DNA of 64,000 bases, from NCBI RefSeq assembly GCF_963921235.1, contig NC_086097.1, forward strand, positions 71,612,001 through 71,676,000. The letters run 5' to 3'. Under the pieces are notes generated by a model. The model ran no database searches. It saw only the letters and a list, made by a program, of their open reading frames with translations, and was not told the origin of the DNA. The DNA comes from Mobula hypostoma. Its lineage: Eukaryota. The stretch's first letter is position 1; each line of letters opens with the position of its first letter. This document shows, piece after piece, positions 1-11,932 of this stretch. The position numbers and the translations under genes are program-made.

Positions 1-1989
1 CGGGTGTTGAAGCACTGGGGCAGTGTTGAAGCATCACTTTAATTCTGACAATGCTTGGTCAGCACCATCTGTCCAATGGAATCCTGCCGAGGTCTTCCTC
101 GTGAGTGTATTTATGGGAACAGCAATAAAGCCTCAATTCTGGATGAAGTGGTGATAAAAGATTGCAAATCCCATGAAATGCTGTGCCTGTTTGACTATAG
201 ATAGTTAGGACTACTCCGTAACTACCTGAACTTTACTCAAGTCCATTTGAACACTGGATGGGGTAAGTACTTAGCTCAAAAATGACACCTGGTCTTTCTG
301 GAACTCACATTTCTTGTGCTTGGTGTACAGGTTATTTTTGAGGAGCTGTCTAAGAACCCTTAGGAGATGCTGGATGTGTTCCTGATGAGAATAGGAATAG
401 ATCTGTCATCTAAATGCACAGAACAAACTGGTTCAACACGTCCCTGAGCGCATTATTAACTAGGGCCTGGAAAACAGCGGGCATGTTGGCCAGAGCAAAG
501 AGCCTCACAAGGTACTCATGGTGGCCATTAGAGGTGTTGAAAACTGTCTTCTACTCATCTCCTTCTCTCATACAAAATCAGCTTATAAGCATTGCGATGA
601 TCAATTTTGGAAAATCTGGTTGCTCTCTGGAGATATCCAAACACAGACGCCAGCAGGGGAAGAGGGTAGCGATTCTTCACAGTTGTTCAGGGGCCGATAA
701 TTGATGCAGGGATGGAGCTTGCCATCTTTCTTGCTCTCAACAAAGAAGCTCGCTTCTGCTGGCAAGGTTAAGGGATGGATAAACCCCATGGCCAGTGCTT
801 CCTTGGTGTACTCTTCCGTGGCGACTGTTTCAGGATGAGAGAGGGAAATGAGCTGATCCCAGCAAGGAATATATTGCCAGGTAGGAGGTCTATGGTGCAA
901 TCATATGGCTGATTTGGAGGCAGGGAGGTGGCCTTGCTTTTACTGAAAACCTCAAAGAGATCCGCATATTCACCTGGAATCCCAGACAGGTCCACATCCT
1001 TAGCTGACACAGAAGAGGATTCATGGAACAGAACTTGAGCTGGACCCAGACTGGTAGACAGGCATACTGGTCCCCACACTTGGAGTGCTTTAAGAGATCA
1101 ATTGATCCCTAGGTTATGTTGGGATAACCGGGGGAGACTAAGCACCAGTGGGAGTTCGGGTGAATCAACCAGATAGAAAGAGAGTTCTTCACTATGGTTG
1201 CCTTCGAGCACAAGTTGGAGCCATTCGGTGGAAAGGTGGGTCGAGCCTGTGCCAGAAGTCGACCGTTTAGGGCCTTGATGTTGATCTTAAACTGTTAATG
1301 ATGTTAATCTTTTAATTCCTGAGTCAGAACTCCCCATCTTTGATCTAGAGAGATGAGTCCATGAGATTCCCGACTGCACCAGAGTTGATACATACTTTAA
1401 GTTCATGGGTCCGAGATCCCCATGATAAGGGAAAGTTAATTGTAGAGAGAACTGACCCATCAGGACCCCTCCCTGCTGTCGGGTATCCTCTTTCACTGCA
1501 CACTGGGGACATGAAGTCTGGGAATGTCCTGGATCACCATAATAGAGGTAGGAACCAGTTCTCCTGCACCAATCCCATTCTTCCTGGGACAGGCTCCTAT
1601 GCCCCACTTGCATAGGCTCCTCTGTGGACTGGGTACTGGATGATGAGGGAAAGGATGAGGAAAGATGGTGATCAGATAGTGTGCAGGAAACTTGAGATAT
1701 TCTCTCCCTGCACCACTCAGTTACCCGGTCGTCATCTTGAACAGCCAGGTTAATCAGATTATCCTGCTCATCAAGGACAGCAATCTCGTGTCAGAGCCTT
1801 GCGTTCAGTCCACGCTGGAAGGCCGCGATGAGAGGTCTCTCATTCCATCCCGCTTCCATTGCAAATGTGCAGAATTTGACTGCGTAGGCCCTCACCATCC
1901 TTCTGCCTTGGGGCATGTTCAGGAGTCAATGGGTAGCCTCCTGACCCCATACTAGAAGGTCAAACACCCTCCTTAAGTCTGCAATGAAT

Positions 1990-2041
1990 AGATTAGATTA
2001 GATTATGAGTACACGCAGTCCTCTTTTATTGTCATTTAGTC
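1990..2041 (-). mobile_element. Extremely 5'-truncated non-LTR 3' tail inserted into gag
   Basis: Reverse complement ctaaatgacaataaaagaggactgcgtgtactcataatctaatctaatc matches the 3' tail at ~54870-54912; flanked by atgaa on both sides; gag sequence resumes across it. Confidence 0.8.
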
Positions 2042-2761
2042 ATGAAATGTCAGAACCACTGGGTTGTGGGATATCCTTGCCCCCGTAAGGTGTTGAACAG
2101 GCTGAGTGGAGTCCTATCTAGCAGATTGATCATGCACACCAGTTTTCACGTATCATCACCAAATTGATCAGGCTGGGCTTGGAATGTCAGCTCGCATTAG
2201 TAATAACATTTCTGCGGCCATTGGGGTCCCCAGAGTATCTGCCTGCTGGTGGAAAACTCCATTCTTGTACGGGCGTGGGAGTCTGTAGTGGCCCAAATTT
2301 GGGAGTCTGTGGTGGCCCAAATTCGGGAGTCAGTTCTGCTCTGGGTGTGGGAGTGGGAGCGTTAGTGGCAGAGGTTGTCGAGGCAGCAGAAAAGGAGGAC
2401 TTGCGAGATGCCGAGAGTGGGACTAACACGGCCAAAAACTGCTGAATTGCTTTGGCGAGAACGCTAATGGCGGTCAGCGGTTGCTGGCTGTCCACAGTGA
2501 GTTCGTGGATGGCAGCCATGAAAGCAGAATTGCTGACACCTGACTCTGATTGTCTGCGGAGAGCTGTTGAACAGTTGCTGTGAGTGATGATCCTCCAGGT
2601 AAGACTGGGCTTGTCAGTGTGAGATTATCTGCCTCATTATTTTAGTAACTTCACTCAGAACAGATTCCAGTGCTAAAGCTTGTTCCCTACCTGACCAATG
2701 AATCTCAGGGCAAGGTCAGCTGCTGTCTCTCTGCTGGGTCCATTTTTGTGTGGGTGAGACT

Positions 2762-3207
2762 TGTTCCAGTACATTTGGATATGGCCCAAGTAGGGAGACA
2801 GACACTGAAGAAGGTCAATAGTTCACAGACTTCAATGCAAACGGGATCTTAAGGGAAAAGAAAACAATAAAAACTAGGCCATACATTAACTAAAACTCTC
2901 AAACGGAAAACTAGATGCCGATGCTGCGACCAAAAGTAATATCTAAAAATAAAATGAATATTGCTAGTCTTCAGTATCAGTAGACTCGATAGTCCACTTT
3001 CTCAGGCAAGGCCAAATGCAAGCAGGTAGCATAACATTGCTGTGCTTTGCGCAAGTCTCGGCAAGTGCTACAATGAAAAGAAGGGTGTTAAATACTGCCA
3101 CAGTAATTAGCTGATACATACATATCCATGAGTGTAATTGCCGAATCTGCTGCACACCTTGCCTATGGGTGTGCGTAGAGCCTGCAGCCGAGTCCATGGT
3201 TGTGGCA
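2762..3207 (-). repeat. 5' LTR of the Gypsy element
   Basis: TG...CA termini, directly upstream of the gag ATG, alignable along its length with the solo LTR at 6025-6423, TATTTAA on minus strand at 3094-3088. Confidence 0.85.
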
Positions 3208-3224
3208 GCCTGAGGGTGAAAGAG

Positions 3225-3462
3225 TCACATGAGCTGCCCAAATACATGGCATTGACCATCAAGGGAGGAGGGAGGGAACGTAGACTCAGACCATGAGAGA
3301 CAGATTGGAAGTCTGTGTGGGCGCCACTCCTCGCACAGATACTCGAGCAATGTGTGATTAAGTGCCTTGCTCAAGGACACAAACACGCTGCTGCAGCTGA
3401 GGTTTGAACTAGCAACCTTCAGATCACTAGACGAATGCTTTAACCACTTGGCCACGTGCCCA
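3225..3462 (-). mobile_element. tRNA-derived SINE with CORE-like segment
   Basis: Minus strand: A box TGGCCAAGTGG, B box GTTCAAACC, then gtgtccttgagcaaggcacttaa; same head as 52073-52383. 3' boundary approximate. Confidence 0.75.
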
Positions 3463-4151
3463 TCAAGGATATCATGCATCTCAGAGGAGATGCAACTTCA
3501 GTAAATGTTTCGGGTGTATAGAACTGGGAGTGAATGCATGGAGTCCTGCAGTACTGTTAACTCTGGTGTGGGTAATGCCAACTATCTCACTTCATGAAGA
3601 AAATGAAGACCCCTAATATTGCACTGGGTGGTAACTTTGAGTCTATAGGATAAATTAACAGCCCTGACTTAAATGATCCCAAGTGTAAATTCAGGATGAT
3701 ATTGATCTTGCATTTTGGTGGACAGTCTAGATTAGGAATGGCTGAATGAAGATCTGTAGAAGGCCACTGACCTCTATTTTTACTGACCTGGAAAACCTGT
3801 GTCCAAATGCACTGCTCCTCAGAGAGCAGGAGAAGATAAGTAGCTTCCAAACTCCCTTGGCGGATGGTTATCATCTAAGATAGATCCTCCCTTTTCTACC
3901 TCGTCTGTCTCCAGGCCATCTCCTCTTGCTTTGATGCCTGTCATTCCCATTGTAACTGAAGACCCTATGGCAAACATGTACCAAGGTGAAAGCGATGCCA
4001 GGAGTTCATCCAGAATTCCGAAAGCACTTGTATATCACTCTTTTGGCTAATGGAAGGTACAGAGCAGACGTACACATAGCACGCGAATAAATCTACAAGT
4101 GGTTGATAACCTCTGTAAGTAAAGTTAGGTGACACTGTTAAAATTACATGG

Positions 4152-4680
4152 TTCACTTTCAGTTTATCAGAGAACGTATACAGTATACAACCTGAAATTC
4201 TTAGTCTTCGCAGACATACACGAAAAACAGAACCCCAAAAGAATGATCGATGGAAAAACATTAGACTCCCAAAGCTCCTCCCTCCCCACACAAGCAGCAG
4301 CAAAGCATCAAACCTCCCCTCCCCCTCCACCCACGTCAGCAAAAAGCATCAGCACCCACCACCCACCAAGATGTTCCTTCTCCCGCGGTGCCTCAGTCAG
4401 TGGCACCAGCCTGGAACTGATCGTCCACAGGACTTCCCAGGGTCGCTCCCTGGAGGTGCGGCTTTCATGTCGCACCTGGAGAATGTTGGAGAACAGCCGG
4501 TTGTTGAACTCCAGGAACGGGAACTCATCTACTGTGAAAATTGACAGTTTGAGGGACATTGCGGGTCATGGACCTTAATAGAACCCCAGTCACCTTGAAA
4601 AGGGAAAAAAAGACATTAAGAGAGAGGAATTTAACCTGTTTCTGCAGATGAGCTTGAAGAGCCAGCCATTGGCACCACCT
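4152..4680 (-). mobile_element. Non-autonomous retroelement with Rex1-type 3' tail
   Basis: Minus-strand end gaatttcaggttgtatactgtatac...ctgataaactgaaagtgaacc resembles the gaatctcagggttgtata...tgataataaa tails of the Rex1-like LINEs in this window; no recognisable ORF. Confidence 0.55.
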
Positions 4681-4736
4681 AAAGTATACCTTTCTGTGGG
4701 AACACCGTATTGTTTCTTAATGAGATATACCCAATG

Positions 4737-7195
4737 TAGACCATAAGATATAGGAGTAGAAGTAGGCCATTCAGCCCATTGAGTCTGCTCTGCCATTCAA
4801 TCATGGGCTGATCCAATTCGTCCAGTCATCCCCACTTCCCTGCCTTCACCCCATACTCTGGCTAATCAAGAACCTATTTATCTCTGCCTTAAATACACCC
4901 AATGACTTGGCCTCCACAGCTGCTCGTGGCAACAAATTCCACAGATTTACCACCCTCTGACTAAAATAATTTCTCCGCATCTCTGTTCTAAATGGACGTC
5001 CTTCAATCCTGATGTTGTGCCCTCTTGTCCTAGAATCCCCTACCATGGGAAATAACTTTGCCATATCTAGTCTGTTTAGGCCTTTTAACATTCAGAATGT
5101 TTCTCTGAGATTCCCCCTCATTCTCCTGAACTCCAGGGAATACAGCCCAAGAGCTGCCAGATGTTTCTCATACGATAACCCTTTCATTCCTGGAATCATT
5201 CTCATGAATCTTCTCTGAATCCTCTGCAATGTCAATATATCCTTTCTAAAATAAGGAGCCTAAAACTGCACACAATACTCCAAGTGTGGTCTCACGAGTG
5301 CCTTATAGAGCCTCAACATCACATCCATGCTCTTATATTCTATACCTCTCTAGAAATGAATGCCAACATTGCATTCACCTTCTTCACAACCAACTCAACC
5401 TGGAGGTTTAACCTTTGGAGTATCTTGCACAAAGACTCCCAAGTCCCTTTACATCTCTGCATTTTGAATTCTCTCCCCATCTACAGAATAGTCTGCCTGT
5501 TTATTTCATCCACCAAAGTGTATGACCATACACATTCCAACATTGTATTTCATTTGCCACTTTTTACCCAGTCCCCTAAACTATCCAAGTCTCTCTGCAG
5601 GCTCTCTGTTTCCTCAACACTACCCGCTCCTCCACCTATCTTTGTATCATCGGCAAATTTAGCCACAAATCCATTAATACCATAGACCAAATCATTGACA
5701 TACATCTTAAAAAGCAGCGGTCCCAACACTGTCCCCTGTGGAACTCCACTGGTAACTGGCAGCCGGTCAGAATAGGATCCCTTTATTCCCACTCTCTGTT
5801 TTCTGCCGACCAGCCAATGCTTCACCCATGCTAGTAACTTCTCTGTAATTCCATGGGCTCTTATCTTACTAAGTAGCCTTATGTGTGGCACCTTGTCGAA
5901 GACCTTCTGAAAATCCAAGTACACCATGCCTACTACAACTCCTTTGTCTACCCTGCTTATAATTTCCTCAAAGAATTGCAATAGGTTTGTCAGGCAGGAT
6001 TTTCCTTTCAGGAAACCATGCTGGTGTCACTACAGTTCGGATATGGCCCAAGTGCGCAGTGAGAGACACTGAAGAAGGTCGATAGTTCACAGACTTTAGT
6101 TCGCAAAAGGGAAAATAAAACTATAAACGTCAGGCCAAACAGGGCCATTAACTAAAACTCTCAAAAGGAAAATGAAGCCTACACTGCAGCCAGAAAGAAT
6201 ATCTAACATTAAATGAATAGCATGAGAAAGTCCAATGGCTCAGGGAAGGCCGAATGCAAAACAGCAACGAAGCTTTGCCATGCTCTGTCCAAATCTGGAC
6301 AAGCACTACGACGACAAGAATGTAATTAAATACTATCACAATTAAATAATAATTACCTGACATGTGCAAATTCACAAGCGCAATTGCTGTATCTACTGCG
6401 CTGCCGAATCCGTGGTTGTGACAACTGGCTTTGGCCTGTCTTGTCATGTGCCTCCAGGTACTCCGTAATCTCTTCCCGAACAATCGATTCCAACTAATTC
6501 CCAACCACTCATGTTAGGCTTACAGGTCTATAGTTTCCTTTCTGCTGCCTCCCACCCTTTTTAAATAGTGGAGTAACATTTGCAATTTTCCAGTCATCCG
6601 GTACAATGCCAGAATCTATCGATTCTTCAAAGATCATCGTTAATGCCTTCGTAATCTCTCCAGCTACTTCCTTCAGAACCCGAGGGTGCATTCCATCAGG
6701 TTCAGGAGATTTATCCACTCTCAGACCATTAAGCTTCCTGTGCACCTTCTCAGTCGTAAATTTCACTGCACAAACTTCACATCCCTGACATTCTTGAATG
6801 TCCGGTATACTGCAGATATCTTCCACTGTGAAGACTGATGCAAAATACGCATTCAGGTCCTCTGCCATCTCTGCACCTCTCATTACAATATCTCCAGTGT
6901 CATTTTGTATTAGTCCTATATTTACCCTTGACTCTCTTTTACCCTTAATATACTTAAAAAAGCTTTTAGTATTTTCTTTGATATTAGTCGCTAGCTTCCT
7001 TTCATAATTCATCTTTTCCTTCCTAATGACCCTCTTCGTTTCCTTCTGCAAGTTTTTAAAAGCTTCCCAATCCTCTGGCTTCCTCGTATGCTCTCTCTTT
7101 TGCTTTTACCTTCACTCTGACTTCACTCGTCAGCCACGGTCGTGTCCTTCTTCCCTTTGAAAATTTCTTCTTATTTGGAATATATCTGTCTTGCA
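4737..7195 (-). mobile_element. 5'-truncated CR1 LINE (ORF2 RT region plus 3' UTR), interrupted by a solo LTR
   Basis: ORF fragments DKSPEPDGMHPRVLKE...GNYRPVSLT, YLDFQKVFDKVPH...GVPQGTVLGP...[16 protein letters not shown]...FSQRVVNLWN; CR1 3' UTR with tcttatgg-type tail. Confidence 0.95.
6025..6423 (-). mobile_element. Solo LTR of a Gypsy family related to 2762-3207
   Basis: Termini TGTCAC...GTGACA; 5-bp TSD gctgg (6020-6024) / actgg (6424-6428); CR1 sequence joins seamlessly across it. Confidence 0.9.
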
Positions 7196-7479
7196 GGAAG
7201 GCTGCAAATAAGGATTTGCTTCCAAGTTTATTTGTGGTACTTCATGGTATTTTATTCCTCATGCTTTGTGTCAGCATGACCGCACAAAGTAAGCAATTAC
7301 TCCAAGCAAATCGGTCAAAAAAAGCATTGTGGATGAGTACCTTCTGCTGTAATTACATATTCATATGATGTTGTTATTGTTGATTAGAAGACCATCTAAC
7401 AATATTTCAAATCACCCTTGAACTGAATAGTTCGCTAAATCATCTCAAAGATCAATTCAGATTATTGCAGATCAGGCTT

Positions 7480-7695
7480 CACGTGTAGACCAAAGCAGAA
7501 GATAATTCCTCCCCAATAGGTATTTCTGAATTAGACAGACATTTCACAATAAGCTGGTAGCTTTATGGCTGCTGCTGTTGAAACAAGCTTTTAGATCGAC
7601 ATTTATTGAATTAACTGAATTTAAATTCTTCACCTGACATGGTCTAAACATTTGTTTTAGGATTATCAGCCCTGTGACAGAACCATTATGCAGCA
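7480..7695 (-). mobile_element. Old tRNA-derived SINE remnant, same family as 26733-27085
   Basis: Degenerate similarity to a shark/ray SINE recalled from memory (atttattgaattaactgaatttaaattc ... ggatta..agccctgtgaca.aaccattatgc). Confidence 0.45.
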
Positions 7696-8215
7696 TTCTC
7701 ATAACAAAGAAATTAATTTATTTCAATGATTGACAAAATCAAATTATGCCATTGTTGAATAGGATAAGTAAATTAAGAGTATCGCACCGAAGTCTGTGAA
7801 TAATCGTTTTGCTATTTCTATGCTTAATTTTGGTGTCTGGGATCTTTCAATAGTTTCAGCTCACACGACATTTAATGTCCTTCCTTCAGCCTGAGCGATT
7901 TGCACCAGACTTTCACTCAAACATGAATGGGCTAATTGATGCTGTTTGTTGTTGAAATAGGATTGCAATGCTACATTTACCCTGAGCATGAAGTGAAGCT
8001 GATGTGTGGAGCAAGAAAACTGCACTGGCAAATGGCTGCACTGGCTCCAGAAAGACCAGCTCAGAAGGAAGCTTGAAACTGCTGCACTACAGTGACCTGA
8101 AAGGCAACAGAACAAGCTGGCACAATCTCAGTGGCAAGACACACATTAGGAAAGCAGTTTATCTACTTTCTCTTATCAGTCAAATCATTGTCCCCGACTC
8201 AGCTGACCCTGAACT

Positions 8216-10974
8216 TCAGGGTTATTCAATATTCAGGAGGGATAGACATGAAGGAAGGGGAGGTGGGGTGGTGTTGCTGGTTAAAAAAGAGATTAATGTA
8301 ATAGAAAGGAAGGACATAAGCCGGGAAGATGTGGAATCGATATGGGTAGAGCTGCGTAACACTAAGGGGCAGAAGACGCTGGTGGGAGTTGTGTACAGGC
8401 CACCTAACAGTAGTAGTGAGGTCGGAGATGGTATTAAACAGGAAATTAGAAATGTGTGCAATAAAGGAACAGCAGTTATAATGGGTGACTTCAATCTACA
8501 TGTAGACTGGGTGAACCAAATTGGTAAAGGTGCTGAGGAAGAGGATTTCTTGGAATGTATGCGGGATGGTTTTTTGAACCAACATGTCGAGGAACCGACT
8601 AGAGAGCAGGCTATTCTGGACTGGGTTTTGAGCAATGAGGAAGGGTTAATTAGCGATCTTGTTGTGAGAGGCCCCTTGGGTAAGAGTGACCATAATATGG
8701 TGGAATTCTTCATTAACATGGAGAGTGACGTAGTTAATTCAGAAACAAAAGTTCTGAACTTAAAGAGGGGTAACTTTGAAGGTATGAGACGTGAATTAGC
8801 TAAGATAGACTGGCAAATGACACTTCAAGGATTGACGGTGGATATGCAATGGCAGGCATTTAAAGGTTGCATGGATGAACTACAACAATTGTTCATCCCA
8901 GTTTGGCAAAAGAATAAATCAAGGAAGGTAGTGCACCCGTGGCTGACAAGAGAAATTAGGGATAGTATCAATTCCAAAGAAGTAGCATACAAATTAGCCA
9001 GAGAAAGTGGCTCACCTGAGGACTGGGAGAAATTCAGAGTTCAGCAGAGGAGGACAAAAGGCTTAATTAATAAGGGGAAAAAAGATTATGAGAGAAAACT
9101 GGCAGAGAACATAAAAACGGACTGTAAAAGCTTTTATAGATATGTAAAAAGGAAAAGACTGATAAAGACAAATGTAGGTCCCCTGCAAACAGAAACAGGT
9201 GAATTGATTATGGGGAGCAAGGACATGGCAGACCAATTGAATAATTACTTTGGTTCTGTCTTCACTAAGGAGGACATAAATAATCTTCCAGAAATAGTAA
9301 GGGACAGAGGGTCCAGTGAGATGGAGGAACTGAGCGAAATACATGTTAGTAGGGAAGTGGTGTTAGGTAAATTGAAGGGATTGAAGGCAGATAAATCCCC
9401 AGGGCCAGATGGTCTGCATCCCAGAGTGCTTAAGGAAGTGGCCCAAGAAATAGTGGATGCATTAGTGATAATTTTTCAAAACTCGTTAGATTCTGGACTA
9501 GTTCCTGAGGATTGGAGGGTGGCTAATGTAACCCCACTTTTTAAAAAAGGAGGGAGAGAGAAACCGGGGAATTATAGGCCGGTTAGCCTAACGTCGGTGG
9601 TGGGGAAACTGCTGGAGTCAGTTATCAAGGATGTGATAACAGCACATTTGGAAAGCGGTGAAATGATCGGACAAAGTCAGCATGGATTTGTGAAAGGAAA
9701 ATCATGTCTGACGAATCTCATAGAATTTTTTGAGGATGTAACTAGTAGAGTGGATAGGGGAGAACCAGTGGATGTGGTATATTTGGATTTTCAAAAGGCT
9801 TTTGACAAGGTCCCACACAGGAGATTAGTGTGCAAACTTAAAGCACACGGTATTGGGGGTAAGGTATTGGTGTGGGTGGAGAATTGGTTAGCAGACAGGA
9901 AGCAAAGAGTGGGAATAAACGGGACCTTTTCAGAATGGCAGGCGGTGACTAGTGGGGTACCGCAAGGCTCAGTGCTGGGACCCCAGTTGTTTACAATATA
10001 TATTAATGACTTGGATGAGGAAATTAAATGCAGCATCTCCAAGTTTGCGGATGACACAAAGCTGGGTGGCAGTGTTAGCAGTGAGGAGGATGCTAAGAGG
10101 ATGCAGGGTGACTTGGATAGGTTGGGTGAGTGGGCAAACTCATGGCAGATGCAATTTAATGTGGATAAATGTGAAGTTATCCACTTTGGTGGCAAAAATA
10201 GGAAAACAGATTATTATCTGAATGGTGGCCGATTAGGAAAAGGGGAGGTGCAACGAGACCTGGGTGTCATTATACACCAGTCATTGAAAGTGGGCATGCA
10301 GGTACAGCAGGCGGTGAAAAAGGCGAATGGTATGCTGGCATTTATAGCGAGAGGATTCGAGTACAGGAGCAGGGAGGTACTACTGCAGTTGTACAAGGCC
10401 TTGGTGAGACCACACCTGGAGTATTGTGTGCAGTTTTGGTCCCCTAATCTGAGGAAGGACATCTTTGCCATAGAGGGAGTACAAAGAAGGTTCACCAGAT
10501 TGATTCCTGGGATGGCAGGTCTTTCATATGAAGAAAGACTGGATGAACTGGGCTTGTACTCGTTGGAATTTAGAAGATTGAGGGGGGATCTGATTGAAAC
10601 GTATAAGATCCTAAAGGGATTGGACAGGCTAGATGCGGGAAGATTGTTCCCGATGTTGGGGAGGTCTAGAACGAGGGGTCACAGTTTGAGGATAGAGGGG
10701 AAGCCTTTTAGGACCGAGGTTAGGAAAAACTTCTTCACACAGAGAGTGGTGAATCTGTGGAATTCTCTGCCACAGCAAACTGTTGAGGCCAGTTCATTAG
10801 CTATGTTTAAAAGGAAGTTAGATATGGCCCTTGTGGCTACAGGGGTCAGGGGGTATGGAGGGAAGGCTGGGTTCTGAGTTGGATGATCAGCCATGATCAT
10901 AATAAATGGCGGTGCAGGCTCGAAGGGCCGAATGGCCTACTCCTGCACCTATTTTCTATGTTTCTATGTTTCTA
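8216..10974 (+). mobile_element. Young 5'-truncated CR1 LINE
   Basis: Uninterrupted ORF2, CR1 3' UTR (gaagggccgaatggcctactcctgc), (TTTCTATG)3 tail, probable TSD tgaact (8210-8215 / 10975-10980). Confidence 0.97.
8217..10877 (+). CDS. CR1 ORF2, partial: APE-like endonuclease lacking its N-terminus plus reverse transcriptase
   Basis: QGYSIFRRDR, GVVYRPP, IMGDFN, SDHN (endonuclease); GNYRPVSLTS, YLDFQKAFDKVPH, GVPQGSVLGP, KFADDTK (RT). No stop until 10877. The first ~70 aa of the 8004 ORF call are flanking sequence starting at GTG. Confidence 0.93.
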   Translation, partial: QGYSIFRRDRHEGRGGGVVLLVKKEINVIERKDISREDVESIWVELRNTKGQKTLVGVVYRPPNSSSEVGDGIKQEIRNVCNKGTAVIMGDFNLHVDWVNQIGKGAEEEDFLECMRDGFLNQHVEEPTREQAILDWVLSNEEGLISDLVVRGPLGKSDHNMVEFFINMESDVVNSETKVLNLKRGNFEGMRRELAKIDWQMTLQGLTVDMQWQAFKGCMDELQQLFIPVWQKNKSRKVVHPWLTREIRDSINSKEVAYKLARESGSPEDWEKFRVQQRRTKGLINKGKKDYERKLAENIKTDCKSFYRYVKRKRLIKTNVGPLQTETGELIMGSKDMADQLNNYFGSVFTKEDINNLPEIVRDRGSSEMEELSEIHVSREVVLGKLKGLKADKSPGPDGLHPRVLKEVAQEIVDALVIIFQNSLDSGLVPEDWRVANVTPLFKKGGREKPGNYRPVSLTSVVGKLLESVIKDVITAHLESGEMIGQSQHGFVKGKSCLTNLIEFFEDVTSRVDRGEPVDVVYLDFQKAFDKVPHRRLVCKLKAHGIGGKVLVWVENWLADRKQRVGINGTFSEWQAVTSGVPQGSVLGPQLFTIYINDLDEEIKCSISKFADDTKLGGSVSSEEDAKRMQGDLDRLGEWANSWQMQFNVDKCEVIHFGGKNRKTDYYLNGGRLGKGEVQRDLGVIIHQSLKVGMQVQQAVKKANGMLAFIARGFEYRSREVLLQLYKALVRPHLEYCVQFWSPNLRKDIFAIEGVQRRFTRLIPGMAGLSYEERLDELGLYSLEFRRLRGDLIETYKILKGLDRLDAGRLFPMLGRSRTRGHSLRIEGKPFRTEVRKNFFTQRVVNLWNSLPQQTVEASSLAMFKRKLDMALVATGVRGYGGKAGF

Positions 10975-11932
10975 TGAACTCTGTGCAGCAGCACATTGGG
11001 GCTTTTGGGTGGTAATAACTCATCCCTTGTTTGTGGTCATTTGCTGGCTTGCTTTCTTACTTCTGATCATTAATTTTAACCTAAGCAATTATAAAATGTA
11101 TTCTTTAATGCAACCATTTTTTTTTGTTTTCTAGTGTCTAAATTCAATCTATGATACTATGTAAGTAATTAAGATTAGAAATTCTTTGGAATGTGCTTTC
11201 ACACAGGGAAAAGGACTATGTTACTCTAAGAGTCTGATATTCTACCTAACATGATGTTTGAATTAGTCTTAAAAATACAATTGTAACCAATAGCTTGTCT
11301 CCTGAGGTCTCTCTCATCAATGCAAAGGCTGGAATTCCCAGAGACTGCGGGAGCAGATATAATACTTGAGGGATTACGGTGCAGGAAACTAGGGTGAAAG
11401 ATTAGAGTTTTGTGGTTGGGTGTGCTGGGGCAGGCAGGAAGTTTGGGAGAGTGAGTTGAAGAGTTGATGGGAGGTTGTGGAGAGAGGTGTTTGTATGTGC
11501 AGATGTGGAGATGATCAAGGTGCAGGGAGGGTGAGGAGCTGATGAGTGTTAGTGGCAGTAAATGGTAGGAGAGATCTGAGAAACTTGGGTCTTCAGTCCT
11601 GCAGAGGATGCAATGAGATTGACCTGAATCTGATTGTGGAGATTGATGACATTACAGAAGTGTTGTCGGCACTCTCGACAACAAGATAATTATAACTCAG
11701 TGTATCTGGCATTTACTTTCTGATGGTGTAAATAGACAAAATTCATCTGTAAGTCAACTGACTCAAGGGCATTGGTCACAGTAGTGAAAGTGAAGAGATA
11801 AGCAGCTTATCTTTGAATATGTGCTATGTATCATTGCGTTGTCTCAAAGAAGAACATATGGAGATTGGATTTTGTTTAAATTTTCTTGTATAGCACATGA
11901 AGATGTTATGCAAGAAAAAGAATTTCTGACCC

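Larger units (their letters stand above)
1..3207 (-). mobile_element. Degenerate Ty3/Gypsy LTR retrotransposon (Tf1/sushi, PEG10/RTL1-like lineage): 5' LTR, gag, protease, RT; continues off the left edge
   Basis: Minus-strand motifs in correct order: Gag start MDPAE (ATG at 2743), PAGRYSGDP, RRVFD..GQEA..QGRR.V..YA..F...A.EAGWNE, degenerate zinc knuckle MQVGHRSLSQEE...YGDPGHSQTSCP (~1500-1613), protease NSGAVGNLMD (~1355-1390), [36 protein letters not shown], and VHLDD (~404-418) at the YLDD position. Many stops and frameshifts. Confidence 0.93.

Noticed and set aside
2254..2340. Short tandem repeats encoding PEFGPPQT/PKFGPLQT
   Set aside because: An ordinary proline-rich linker expansion within Gypsy gag.
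3587..3874. Minus-strand ORF with TDLHSA, faintly like an RT DL..A motif
   Set aside because: Too degenerate to assign to DIRS, Gypsy or any other family.
7197..7288. Exon-like segment (cag|...|gtaag) encoding hydrophobic KAANKDLLPSLFVVLHGILFLMLCVSMTAQ
   Set aside because: The acceptor coincides with the CR1 truncation junction, I recognise no protein, and no partner exons were found.
8004..8215. N-terminal extension of the 957-aa ORF as a novel host-RT fusion gene
   Set aside because: It starts at GTG, lies outside the TSD-bounded CR1 and has no recognisable domain; most likely a chance open frame.
8222..10900. Antisense ORFs over the CR1 and other LINEs
   Set aside because: Shadow frames of TE coding sequence with no independent protein signal.
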